Shown one piece after another: positions 11,879 through 24,332 of a stretch of 64,000 bases of DNA; within the stretch, counting starts at the first letter, position 1; each line of letters starts with the position of its first letter. The DNA comes from Trichodelitschia bisporula. Taxonomy: Eukaryota. The position numbers were made by a program, and so were the translations under genes. Under the pieces are notes generated by a model. That model was not told the origin of the DNA. It saw only the letters and a list, made by a program, of their open reading frames with translations, and ran no database searches. The DNA is taken from the NCBI GenBank assembly GCA_010356995.1, contig ML996695.1, positions 629,061 through 693,060 of the forward strand. Reading direction: 5' to 3'.

Positions 11879-14739
11879 TCACCCGAAACCCCCATTTCCA
11901 TCCACCCTCACCTGGACCCCAACATCCCCCTCCCCTCCCTCAACCGGCACCCCCTCCCCCTCCAACGCCACCTCAAACGCCTCACCAAACAACCGTTCCG
12001 CCAACCGCAACTGCATCTCCAAATCCTCCGCCAACCGCTTCATCTCCCCCCTCATCAACCCCTCCCCTGCCCCCGGCAACATGGCTTCACGCCTCGGCTC
12101 ATACGGCATCGGCACCATCGTATCCCCCACCATAACCCTCGCGCTGCCCCCAAAACTCCCCGCCATGCCCGGGCGCAACGTAGCCGCCTCGTCGAACGCC
12201 GGCTGCCCACGCCCACGCCTTTGTAAACTCTCTTCCCATCCCTCGTGAGCGGCGTCGCCGTCCCCATCGTCCCAGGCGAAGGCATACGCGCCCCCGGCGT
12301 ACCCGGCGCCGAAGCTGCCCTCGCTGCGCAAGTCCCCCTCGTCGTCCGCGCTGGAGCCTATATCGTCCACCGAGCCAGAACCAGATGGCCAGGGTGCGTG
12401 CTGCAGGGCCGTGGGTCGGCGGGTGCGATACCTCGCCGACCTACCACGGGCGGAGTTTGAGCGATCGCGGGGAGGCGGAACCTGGTACAAGCTCGAGGAG
12501 CGGTTATGCGGATCGGCGGGGTCGTCGGAGTCGTAGCTGCGATCTGCCTCCGAGGGCTTAGAGTCCGAGCTGACAGCGGCGGTGGGCTCAGAGCGAGATT
12601 TGACGTGCAGGCTAGAGCGGGGACCTGGACTATCAGACAGGGCGGGCTCGAGGTCGAAGGGGTCGCCGGAGGTCATGTCTGTGATGGCGGAGTCGGTGGC
12701 GGAGGCGGCGGTGGAGGGGCGGTAGATGAGGGGGGGAATGTCGACTTGGAGGGCGCGGTCGAGGTCGATCATTGAGCCGCGGTCGGGGGAGGGGGGGGAG
12801 GAGAGGGTAGGGAAGAAGGAGGGGGGTAGGGTTTTGGCGTGTTTGATTGTGGGTTTTGAGGGGGGGGAGGAGTCGGTGATGGAGTAGGAGGAGGAGGCGC
12901 GGGAGGCGGCGACGGCGGCACGCATTTCCTCGGGTGTGGGGAAGGTCCATGCTTGTGTTTCTCGCTTTTGGGCCTGGTCGTTGCGCTTTTCTAGACTGGT
13001 GCTTGTGAGCCGGCGGGCTGTCTGCTCGTTGGCGTATGAGTCGAAGGCATCATCATCATCATCCGGGATCATGCTCGGGAATTTCCAGTCCCTGGTGAGC
13101 CGGTTGGGGTTGTCGGCCACCGGCTCGGGGGGCTTCCAGTCCATGGTAGCGCGGCGGGTTTGCTGATCCTGGGCATACATCTCGTCGTCATCATCGTCAA
13201 AGTCGCGGAGGTATTTGCGCGCCTTGATGGTTGTGACATCCGGAAAGTCAAGGCTGGGAACGTCGCCAACCATCGGCATGGCAGCGTCAAGATCAATCAT
13301 GGTCGTGCGGTCACCGGCTGGGGCATCAGAGAAGTTGCGCAAAGGCAGGTCGGACATCTGGCTGTCTCGATCGCCGTAGGTATATCCGCGCTTATCGTTC
13401 GGATTGAAAAGACGGTCCATCGCCGCACCACCCCGCTTGACCCGGCCTTCCTCGATAATCTTCTCGAAGTTAGACAGATCCCGAGCAGAGCCTCCAGGAG
13501 CCATGCTCAAGCGCATCGAGATACGTCGATCAAACTCCACACTAGTAGAAAAGTTCCACTCTTCCTCGGGACCATCAAGCGGCGACAACTGATCGGGGGC
13601 AGGAGCGCCGTAGGGGTTGAAGAGCGAGGCACGTTGGCCACCCGACTGCTCCCAGATGGCGTAGTTGACAATAAGCTTTCGAATACCTTCGGTTGGATAT
13701 TCCTCTTCCGTATTCGCGATGTATGCATGCTTCATGATCTCCTGCGCAGATGGACGGTCGTCGGGATCCTGCTCGAGGCAAAAGGCGACAAAGTCCCGCA
13801 GAGCTTGCGAGTACTTGTCATCCTCAAGACGAGGGGCGCGAACATGAAGCGTCATACCCAAATCGCCAGGCCGTACACGGGAGTTGGGTGGATGCCCGGT
13901 AGCCATCTCGTAGACAGCACATCCAAACGCCCAGCAGTCGATCTCAGTGCCGTATCGAACGGAGTGGATGTCGCTACCCAGATGGGTCACGAGCTCAGGG
14001 GCCATCCAGTGTGGGGTACCGACGATCGTAGACCGCTTCGAAACTTCGTTCTCGAGCACGCCCGAAATGCCAAAGTCGCAGAGTTGGATGCGGCCATCTT
14101 CAGTGGCAAGGATGTTGGCGCACTTGATATCGCGATGGATGATGCCGGCCTCGTGAACGTACTTCAGTGCGATGGCGACCTCGCGAGCAATCGGGATGAT
14201 AAACTGCTCCTCTAGTCCAGGCGGAGTGCTCGCCTTCATGAGCGTCGACACGCTGCCGCCAGGGCAGTACTCGCTGACTATCCACAGCTGGGAGTCAACC
14301 GAGAATGCCTCGAAGATGACATTGACGTTCCGGGCGCGATTGTCCTTGAGAGACTGCAAGATAGTAGTCTCGCGGATGAACTCCTTGATTGTGTCATCTC
14401 GCGATTCAATATCCGCCTTGTAGTCCTGTGCATCCACTTCGATAATTTTTACGGCGCAGATCTCCTGTGTAACACGATGCTTGCTAAGTAGACGATCAGC
14501 CTGGCGAACATTTGTAAAATGGGGGAAGCTGCCTACCTCTTGTACACGCGCCCGTACGAGCCACGTCCGATGAGCTCTAGGAACTCGTATGGTGGAGGAT
14601 CTTGGCCCTTGCGTGCGGTGCGCTCCTGGACGATGTTCTGCATATCCTTTGCATCCTGTATCTGCCGCCCCTTGCCCACGAGAGGGCGCAGCTGTGACTC
14701 CATGACGGGCAGGGAGAGTTCCGCCGGTTCTATGTTCAC
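11879..14739 (-). CDS. Ste20/GCK-family Ser/Thr kinase, Kic1/Nak1/POD-6-like
   Basis: ELIGRGSYGRVYK (exon 1), an intron at about 14484-14536, then AVKII, IIHRDIKCANIL, DFG and RSTIVGTPHWMAPE, followed by a long disordered C-terminus. The start is 14739 or 14703. Confidence 0.9.
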
Positions 14740-15734
14740 TTAGGGCGCCGCAAGTCTGCCGTCATGCGCGACTGGGGGGGTGCAACACGCTGCTTTCGCT
14801 ATCCAGGGGTCTCTGAGATATTTCGGCAGGCGTGTAGAATGCAGATGGCGCGCAGGTGCACGCTCGCCGGGCGACGGCGAAAGTAGGGAGAAATGGAGTC
14901 TGCAGAAGTCGTGTTCTCAGGGTTCATGCGAGGCAGGTTCTATGGACGTTGAGCTCAAACTCCAGAGTAGAAGACGCCTCGAAAGTCGGGCCGGAAGGTG
15001 TTGTGTGGACGTCGGAAGCAGATCTGCAGCGGCGCTCGTTTGGTGTTGACGGTGTCGCTCAAGCCTTCTTGAAATCCGCCTTCGTGGTGAGCTGCACGAA
15101 GAGATATGCGGTTCGGATTCCAGAGCTCGGGTTCAAGCAAGAATGCAGTAGGATTTAAGATCCCAGCTGCTGATTGTCGACCATCTCGAAGCCTACGATT
15201 TCTGGCCGAGCGAGGTCGTGCGGCGCCCTGCGGGCTCCATTGCGGGTCAGGGGTGGTTGCGTTAGCGCGCCGTTGGCTTGGACGTGGTGGCGGGGGTTGC
15301 CAAATGGCCAGAAAGTGGGGGGGCAAGAACGGGATCAAGTGGTAAAGGTAGAGAGAATCAGAATGACAGTGAAAGAGAGGCTATCTTCGTGAAGTTAAAC
15401 GTGTATAATCCGTACAGATGTATCGGTAGCAAGAATAGCCGACGGAGTACCATAGTCCTCTATTACGCTGCCCGCGAGGCGTATCACTGGAGGCTTTGAG
15501 ACGAGAGACGTCTTAAGTTCTTAAGGCATTAGTTGATGCCTCACGCCTCCCCTCCCCATGTGACAAAACATGACGTAGGGGTTGCATCCATTGCGGCGGT
15601 TAAAGGCCCACAGGGGATTTAGGGTGCAAGTTTAGGGTGGCCGAGTAAAGGAAAACATCATCGTTTTATCAAACTACCAAATACCACGACTCCACGATAA
15701 AACATACATCGAACGTTGATTTACTACAACCATC

Positions 15735-16144
15735 ATGGCTCCGAACGACAACTGGATCAGCAAGAAAGTGCAAGGCGTGGTGGCAGGAGCTGGCAGCGCC
15801 GTTGGTGGTGCATTCACGGCCGTGGGAAATGGCATCTCGGGCGCGGGTCGAGGCGTCGGAAATGGCATAGCGGGCACGACAAGAGGCTGGGCTGATGGCG
15901 TTCGCTCGTAAGTCTTCATCTTTATCTACTCCGTATATCCTCGTCCTACGCTTACCATTTGTGCTGTAGCTATGGGAACGGCATCAAAGATGCTTCTGGC
16001 GCAACCGGTGCCCGCGCCGTCACTTCCTCAAACCCACTTGGCCTCAGTGGAACGAAAGGACAATGGTCGGGGAAGCCGAGTGGGCAAAAGACCGCCCCAC
16101 GGACCGGCACGGCAAGAGATCCCTTGGGCCTGAACAAAAGATGA
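15735..16144 (+). CDS. Small (115 aa) Gly-rich uncharacterised protein, 2 exons
   Basis: The ATG is in good context (catcATGg). Intron 15908-15969 (GTAAGT...TAG) joins 173+175 nt in frame: MAPNDNWISKKVQGVVAGAGSAVGGAFTAVGNGISGAGRGVGNGIAGTTRGWADGVRSYGNGIKDASG...NPLGL...DPLGLNKR*. Confidence 0.8.
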
Positions 16145-16407
16145 TATGTGTGTAAGGGACGACAACGGCAATAGTTCACTTGGGCATGGCGTTCGGTCAA
16201 TAAAGCAATATGGGGCAGTCCGAACACTCTTTCATTTCGGTCGTTCCGTCTATGAGCAATGACGTAATGATATCCAACCCATCGATACTGTGGCATTTGC
16301 AGCGCACGTTGTATCCCGAAGACGCCGGTTCAGATATCCCCCACCAGCAACGCCGTGTTCAAGTCCCATGATGCTACCAGCGCCGAAATGTTAAAAAAAG
16401 ACAGTCT

Positions 16408-18506
16408 CTATGCTGTGACTTTTCCCCCTTTACCATCATTCTCTTGGCCATCGTCCCCATCATCCTCTTGATCATCGTCGTCATCATCATCATCATCGTC
16501 CTCTTCTTCTGCATCTTGAGCTTCATCCGCTTCCGAGTCGCTGCCATCCTCTTCCATCCCAGGTGGGCTCTTCCACTCAACATAGTCCCCACTCACCCAT
16601 CTCTTGCTGCGGGGAAGGTGGTATGGATCGAAGGGGAAGTATGCGTCTAGCTGGAACGCGCTCTCGCCCGTTTTGGATGACAAGGCCGTCTCTCTACCAA
16701 CCATGCCATCGTAGCCGGCCGCCATCTGAGCCATGGATTTCGTGAGCCGGACGCGCTTGTTGGTCTCAATTAGGGGAAAGACGTAGATGAACCGCAGGTG
16801 GTTGGCGATCCGAGCGAACTGCATCACAATGGCAGGCGAGCAGACCTTGAGCGGATTCAGCGCAGAGTAGATGTTCCGTGTGACTTGCTCCTTGACGCCT
16901 GGGATCCATTCCAATTCTTTCTCCTCAAAGAATTGATCCTCGAACCCCTCGGGATCCACGAGCAGGTCACGCCAACGGAAGCAGAACATGTAGAGCAATG
17001 CCTGAGCAATAGCATAGTAAACGCCATAGCGCTGGAGGCTAGGCCCACTGCCTGAGCGCTCGTACACGTCGCGGAGACGGTCAAGTTCTGTGCAGAGAGA
17101 AGCGTACACACTGACGACCGTGCTCCGGGGCACATGTGTTCCACGGGCGATGAAGCTAGCGAGATAGGCGGCGGCAGATATCTTAAGCATGGCTGGCTGG
17201 TTCTTGTCGAAAGCGATTTTGGTCAGTGCCGCAGCGAAGCGGTCGCTCATGTTTGGCAGGGACTGTCCGAAGTGGAAGAGGAGGAATTGGACATGACGTG
17301 AACGGTATGTCGGCAAAATCGACCGCAGGAATATGGCGACGAGCTGCTCAAATGTCTCAATCTTATCTCCTTCTTTTCCGTTCTCAAAGGCCTTATCATA
17401 GTAGTCGAAAAGGAGATCCAGAATCGCATCCAGCTTGGTGACCGAGACCTTCAACTGCTCAAGCCGCTGCGAGGCCGCATCCGCAATCGTGCTGATGTCC
17501 GAGTCATCATCACTGGAATCTGACCATACGTTCGCGTCGGCTTCACCCTCCTTCTCGGTTCGATCAAGGGCCGAAGTGACGTCCTGAAGCAGGCTATCAT
17601 GCATATCTTCATCCAAATCCTCGATGTCGACTTGAATTTGGACATCAATTTTCACCAGGCGGTCAGTTGTGAGAGAGAGTATTTCGGCTTTGAGCGCTGG
17701 CGCATATGAGGCAACCCGGATAATGTTGGTGACATAGTCGACGTGCACCTGGGTTGACTCCGTAGAGTAGGGGAAACCGTTCGTAATGGCGGAGGACAAA
17801 GAGCGCACGGAGGAGGGTACTGTGTCGAGAACACACTTGAGAGTTTTGTGCAAGCGATCTAGCAGCTCGAAGCGTCGGACAATGTCATGACCCGGCAAAC
17901 GGCCAGCCGAGCTCCGCACTGGGATCTGTCAGTTGATGCCAGGAGAAACTCTCCGGCATACATACAAGATATGAACTTATCCACCAATGACTGCATGACT
18001 AGATGTGCATGCGCTCCATGTGTGGACACCAGGCTGACCAAGAGACGTTGGAACTGCGAGAGGAACCCCTCATCACGCCCAAGCCAGTAGGAGTTGAGGA
18101 TGGAGTCAACTAGGCTGCCACACCTACGGTCCACCAGGCCTACAAAACTTGTGATCGTCATGACGTATTTCGAGAGAAGACCGGTTGTAGGTGCATCGTC
18201 GGAGAAGGGTTTCGTGTTGAAGATTTGGCGTAGAGTTTCGTACGCTGCGCTCTCTCCTGATCGATGCCGCTCCAGCGCGCGCCGCACTTCCTCGCGAACG
18301 AGGACAAGACTCTTGCTGGTCCATGCCTTGGGGATGTCGACCTGCACCGCAGAATCGAACGTGACCTTTACGCGTTTGAGGCCGGGCTGGGTTGGAGGAG
18401 GGGTTTGGTCGTCGGCTCCGTCATCAGGGCGCTTCCGCTTCAGTGCGGACTTCAGAGGATGAACAGGTGCCGGAGGGGCGGGCATGGCGGTGGCGAGGGC
18501 GACCAT
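16408..18506 (-). CDS. RRN3: RNA polymerase I transcription initiation factor Rrn3, 2 exons
   Basis: LVKIDVQIQVDIEDL, KLDAILDLLF, ILPTYRSRHVQFLLF, AAAYLASFIAR, YMFCFRWRDL, LNPLKVCSP, LDAYFPFDPY and an acidic tail. Intron at about 17920-17966. Confidence 0.95.
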
Positions 18507-19230
18507 GGTGCGCTTACCGCTGCTACATCAAACGGCTGAGAATAAGCAGTGGTATAGAGATATGAAACGTAGCAAAGAGCGATCTCTGTACTTCGAGGAG
18601 TGTGTGGTGGTCGGCGATGGCAAAAGTGAATTTTTGTGGGGTCAAACCATCGAGCCTATCCTTGGGATGGCCCGTGCACCGGTGCATTAGCCTCCGAGCT
18701 TCCTCCGACACCAAGCAAGGCTGAAAGACACAACAGGACTCCAGAGCTTCATGGAGCAAAACTGTTCGGTACTTGGATTCACCTCACGTAGGCGCAAGAG
18801 CCATGATCTATGTGCAAAAGAGGCGCGAATAAAGTCAAAATTACATTCCAGTGGACAATGACCAACGCCATGCAGTGTAGATGTGGCTCTCTACGTTGGT
18901 AGTGTAACGCGTACCCCACCATTCATCCAAACTGAAGAAAAAATGATGCCGAAGAGGCATATGTATGTAACGCATATCAAGTCCCTGAGCCAGCGCCATG
19001 CGCGAAGTATACATACCCACAATGGAGACCTGGTATTCGCATCTCACCGTCATCAACCACCCTATGCCTGACCCCGATCCAACCCTTACCTTAGTCTTCC
19101 CAAAACCCGCCCGCTCGCCCGCTCGCATGCAAAGCACAACAATGATGGAAGAAACGATGCAGAAAAACAATGTCGAGCCTCCTCCTTGGGGTCGGTCCTC
19201 TTCAGCCTTCTATCCGCACATCGCCATAGA

Positions 19231-22091
19231 CTACGTCCAGGCATTATGTCCAGGCGCCTGCCCACGCTGCTGCCCTTGTTGCTGCTGTTGAGGGAACTGA
19301 CCCCGCCCCATCACCTGTGGCGGATAACCCGCCTCCTGCACTGGCGCGAACTGGTGTCCTTGCCACCCTCCACCATAAGCTCCACCAGGAGTATATCCCG
19401 CAAACTGTTGTTGGCCACTCGGATAACCACCTGAGGATGCGCTCCCTCCGGTCCCAGGTCTCGTCGTATATGCATCCTGTCCTTGGCTATCACTCCGCGG
19501 CAGCGGCTTCCTGTTAACCACAAAGCTCTCCCCGCTAGACTGGCTTGCAGAGTGACGGTGGCGCGGCGGTGACGGCGGCCCCGCTATGGCCATCCCAATA
19601 CCCCGTTGCGGAGACGGCGGCCCACCCGCAAACTGTGGCTGCTGCGGTGATGCAGGCGAGTGGTATTGATCGACAAACGGCGAGGCGGGGATAGTCGCCA
19701 GCTTCGAGAAAGGAGTAGCCTTCTGGCCCTGGCTCATCTGCTGCTGATACGTATGACCATATTGTCCACCATATTGCCCATTCTGCGGCGCAAAATACGT
19801 CCCCGCAGCCGCGGCTACGGCACCGGAAGTCGGCGGGGCAGATCCATTACCACGTCCCGAGGCTGCCTCTTGCATCTGCGACAACGTTGCGCCGTCAAGG
19901 TCTGACGTGCCGCGCCGCAGCTCCGGAGATGGGAATGGCCGCGTCACCGGACGCTGACCAAGACCGTGGGCAAAAGACGGCGGAGCGGGAGCGGGAGCTG
20001 GGGCACCCGCCTTGGCGGCTACGGCCCCCACTTCCGGAAGAGGCTTGCCCGGTTCTGCGCTAATCCCGTCAGGTGTGCTTTGTCCGGTGCTGTCTGAGTC
20101 GTATTTTTCGGCGCCGAGGCCGACGGAGCTGGAGTCTAGCTCAGCGCTGTAGGGCGTAGGACGTGGCGGGGAAGATTCCGCGCTCGAAAGGGCATCATTT
20201 TGTGCGAAGCGCGGGACGGGGCCGCGGCGCTGATGTGTGGAAACTTCAGAGAACGAGCGGCGGTGGGAGAGGGGATTATCTGGGGAAAGAGCGCCACGCC
20301 GCGAATCAGCGGGCGTGGTACGCCCGGATGGGGAATCGTCGAAGCGCAGGCCGCCACCGCTGCGCGAGCCAGGAAGGCTTGTCCTGCTAGCACTCTTGCG
20401 ATGCATGCTTGTGCGAGGCGCATATTCATCCTCAACAGACGCGAGCATCCGCTTCGAGGTGAGCTGCTTCAGCTCCTGGCGCCATTGGCGGTCCGACCAG
20501 TTCTGGCTGCCCTTGGTGTGAATCAGAGTTGCGACATCCAGAATTTCTAAATAACCGTATTTCCGGTCGACTGGGAGAGCGAACATGAGCCCGCGTTGGT
20601 CAAGTACGTCGGCCACCAGCTTGCTTGGCCGTCCGTAGAGCGCAAATGTGTCCCAGACAGGGAAGAGGAAGCGGAGCATGATTTCGAAGCCGGATACTGC
20701 GGGGTGCACCTCAGGCATAACGAAGACCGAACCCTCGGTATCCGTTTCTGGAGATGAATGGATGGTAATGCGGCCGTCGATTTTTACGAGTGTTGACTGA
20801 TCGATCAGTGGCTTGGACTGCGGGTATATAGCATATGCTGTGTATGCATCAGCAATGGTTGCAATCGGCTTCGTCTTCTTCGTGATTCGCCGCGTCTCAT
20901 AGAACTTCAGATCTCCCTTAATAACCGGCATCTTCTCGTAAGGCTTAGCCTTCTTATACATCTTCTGAATCCGTTGGACTTCCTTCGGGTCCGGTGGGCT
21001 GACGACGAACCAGCATCGGCGCCAGGGCGTACCGGCGCCGAATCGAACGCGCGCCCAGTCCTCATACCGTACTCGGTTCGGCTCCATGATCTGGCGGATG
21101 TTGTTCAGCACCTTACCCTTACCTGCAATCAGTGCACCAGTATATGATTCTTGCAGCGAGGCGTTCTCGAACATGGCGAGGCGCATGCCGGCGGCCCATT
21201 GTGTCAGCGAGTTGAGAGTGTTGAAGTGCAGAAGGTAGCGGTTGTTCGCGGCGGTAGAAATGCTGAGAACGTTTTGGAGTGTTTGTCCGCCCTGTTCATT
21301 CATCGGGAGCGATTCAATCTGAACCGTCAGTTCCGCGAACAGATGTGCGTCTACAGTCTCACCATCTTGATTGAAGCATCCGCCAGATTTATAAATGTCG
21401 GCACCACTTCTCCATTTTCTCCCGCCGAGTCGAGCTGCGCAGCGTCCCATAACGAAAGCACGGTGCCCACGAGTTGCGCAAAGCATTCCTGCCAGCTGCG
21501 ATCGGTGCTCGGACGGCCGCCTGCGGTGCGTCAGATGCGCGACTCCACGCAACAGCGAATGAAAACTCACGAGAGTCCAGGTCATGTAGTTTCAAAAAAT
21601 AGCCCTCTTGATACAGTTTATTCGAATGGCTGTTCAGAAAGGTAAAAATGGGCTGCAGCTCGGGCAGCGTGTCCTGTGCGACCTCCATCAGTGGCGGATG
21701 GAATGCATTTGCCATAGAGCCAGGGCGCGAAGAAGCTCGTGAACTTGCGCGAGTACGAGGCGTTGGCGACGGAGCGTCAACAGTGACAGACGGTGGAGTC
21801 GCGGTGGGTGAGGGTGCGGGAACGATGGGAGGCGCGGGTGCAGGCGCGAGCGCGGGTGCAGGCGCGAGCGCAGGTGGGCTGGAATTGGTGACGTTGGCCT
21901 CTTTGGAGGAATGGTGCGGGGGTGGAGAAGGGTCACCGGCATCAGCGGAGATCGGGGAGCGGGAGGGAACACTCCATTGGGATATGAACGAGAGAACTGG
22001 AAGACGCGGCTGTCAGAGAAAATAAGGAGGAAGGAAGGAGGCTGAAAGTAAAATAATGATCGATAAACTGACCTCGGGACCTGCGCGCCAT
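19231..22091 (-). CDS. PH-domain protein, Skg3/Caf120 family, 4 coding exons
   Basis: A short first exon ATG GCG CGC AGG TCC CGA G|GTCAGT gives MARRSRVLSFISQW. Later motifs are PELQPIFTFLNSHSNKLYQEGYFLKLHDLD, CFAQLVGTVLSLWDA, NRYLLHFN, YEDWARVRFGAGTPWRRCW and AIYPQSKPLIDQSTLVK. Confidence 0.88.
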
Positions 22092-24332
22092 ACTGTAGGG
22101 CTGGTGCCGCGTTTTTCAGCTTTGGCTGTGCTTCAGCTGGCAATTTCTGCTTTGGGAGACTTTTTGGCTGCGATGAGGCGTCGCGACCATGCCAAGAATG
22201 GAATCTGGGGAAAGGGTCGGGCTGCCCGATAACGCGGGAAAAGGGATCGAAGGGGGGTTAGGGTATGTACGTGGAATGTAAGATAGGGGAGGAGAGCGAA
22301 TGGAAGGCGATTGAACATGTACTTCGTAGAGCGAGAGATGAGGAAGATCTGGGAAGATCTGGGATATCAACAAGCCTGCAGAGAAGGATGAAGGACGTCA
22401 GAACAGGCAACAAGAATTGGCCCCAGGGAAGTGCGAGAAGCACGTTAGTTAAGCCGTAGTCGTCAATGTTCGTCCGAAAAAGCAAATTATGAGCGAGGTT
22501 CGGACAGCTTTCTAATCCTAAGCGTCTCCTCCGGCCACACTGGGTAAAAGGGCGCGCTAACGACGGCTTTTAAAAGGACTCAAAAGGTCAAGGCGCAAGG
22601 CTCTTATGAAGATGCCCCCACAACGCTAGACCTTGGACCATGAACTTGGCCCCATGGGCTTACGGAGGAGTGGTTGATCTGCCTATGGAAGGGTAAAAGT
22701 AGGAACGGTCTCCTGCACAAGAGCGTCAGAGCTCGCGACTATCCATACGACATCTCCAAGGAGGACTCTGGCGGGTCTTCGCGGCTCGAAACCTGACGAC
22801 TGACAAGAAAGCCATGACTTGCTCTTTTGGGCCGGTTTGGCGGTCGAATTGCTTCCAAGGGCCGCTCGGCGGGAGTGGCGCAGCAGCCGCAGCACACCGG
22901 TGGCCTGCAAGCGCCGTGGCCACTTCTCACTTCTCGCCATTTCGCGCGGTTGATTCTTGCTCAGTCATCGCGCACTTCAAGGGCGCGAAGAGGAGACGCT
23001 TACGTCGGCTTCTTCGGACTTCGGATGGCGGAAGCGGGCTTACCCTACGGTACGAGCGAGGGGGGGGGCCTTTGGCTGAGTGGGGGGTAAGGAGGCAGAA
23101 GGAGGAGCCGGCGCTTGCATGTTTGGCCGACGGACATTGTGGTGAATTGGTGGTGGTCGCTGCGAAGAGGAGGGAGAGTTGGGGGTATGTAACTTCGTAA
23201 TACGAGGTGTCAGGCATACAAGGTCGGTGGTTACTCTAGGGGTGTTTGCTTAGATATGGGAGGTGGCCGGTGAAGAGATTGAAGTTTCTTAGTAGGACAG
23301 CGAAGCAGTAAACATACTGAAGAGGAACAGATGAAGGTGTGGACGTCAAGTCGTGCCAAGTCGGATGGAAGTCATGATGGAACGAGAGGAACGAGCCGTG
23401 CAAGTGTTGAGCATCACCGACAACCAACTACGTCAAAGTGAGTCAGCGTTCTGGGGCACATTTGTAGCCACCTGATCAGCGTCTTTCTCGTCCTCTGCGT
23501 TCTCCACCCCCAACCCACTCTTACCGACCAACAATTTGCCTTCGATCGCTCCTTTCCCTCTTTTCAATCCGCAAGCCATCGAGACGTCATTGACCAGAGC
23601 AACCTGCCATGCACCGCCACATATAGCTCCTGCCACACACGTGGGGGACAAAATATATGATCCACATGAGCCGCTTCCTCGCTGTTGACGAACAAGTGGT
23701 GCACAAAAACAATCATGCTGTTGTGCGACCACAACGAACGATACATACGGAGGTATACGTTGTACAACAGATGCCTAAAACTCGGTTTCCAGGTATCGAA
23801 ATGTTGCGAGTACGTCTAACAAACTTATCAAGTTCCTTTTCGTTGTTGCCAGTTGCTAGCCTTTCCTGAGCCCCAACGTCTGAACCATATATTTCCCCAC
23901 ACATCAAAACCTGTTGTTGCCTCAGGCTTGAGTTCTCCAGTGAAGCGTCGTGAGCGTGTCGCGGCCTGGACTACGGCCTTGGCGCGTTCACAGCCCGTAG
24001 CTTTCCGCCAAGCACTCAGGACCCATCGGCGGCCAGCACGCGCAAGGCATATCACCAAAGGACCCAGTACAGTTATAAGTCTTGGGGTCCTTTTTGCGCA
24101 ACCTCCAAGCCTGCAAGTACAGCCACCCCGCACCTCCATAACACGACAACATATCCTCATCGTTTAGTATCGTCCACCCGGCCTGCTCTTTTGCGTCCCC
24201 CCGCCTTCAGCCAAACCCTCCACCGAACATATTCTTCGATTTCAGCGACATCCTCACCTGAGCAGCATCAATTGTTCCATCCAAGCCAAACGCTTCTGCT
24301 CCCGCTTTGCCTCCTCCCCTGCAAACACCAGC

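Noticed and set aside
13160..14215. Long antisense ORFs (for example 13160-14215, 36550-37566, 38574-39146, 5842-6399)
   Set aside because: These are shadow frames of GC-rich, codon-biased real genes with no recognisable protein features.
22254..22264. Telomerase-template-like ACCCTAACCC on the minus strand
   Set aside because: It lies in the C-rich 5'UTR of the PH-domain gene, with no pseudoknot or CR4/5 nearby.
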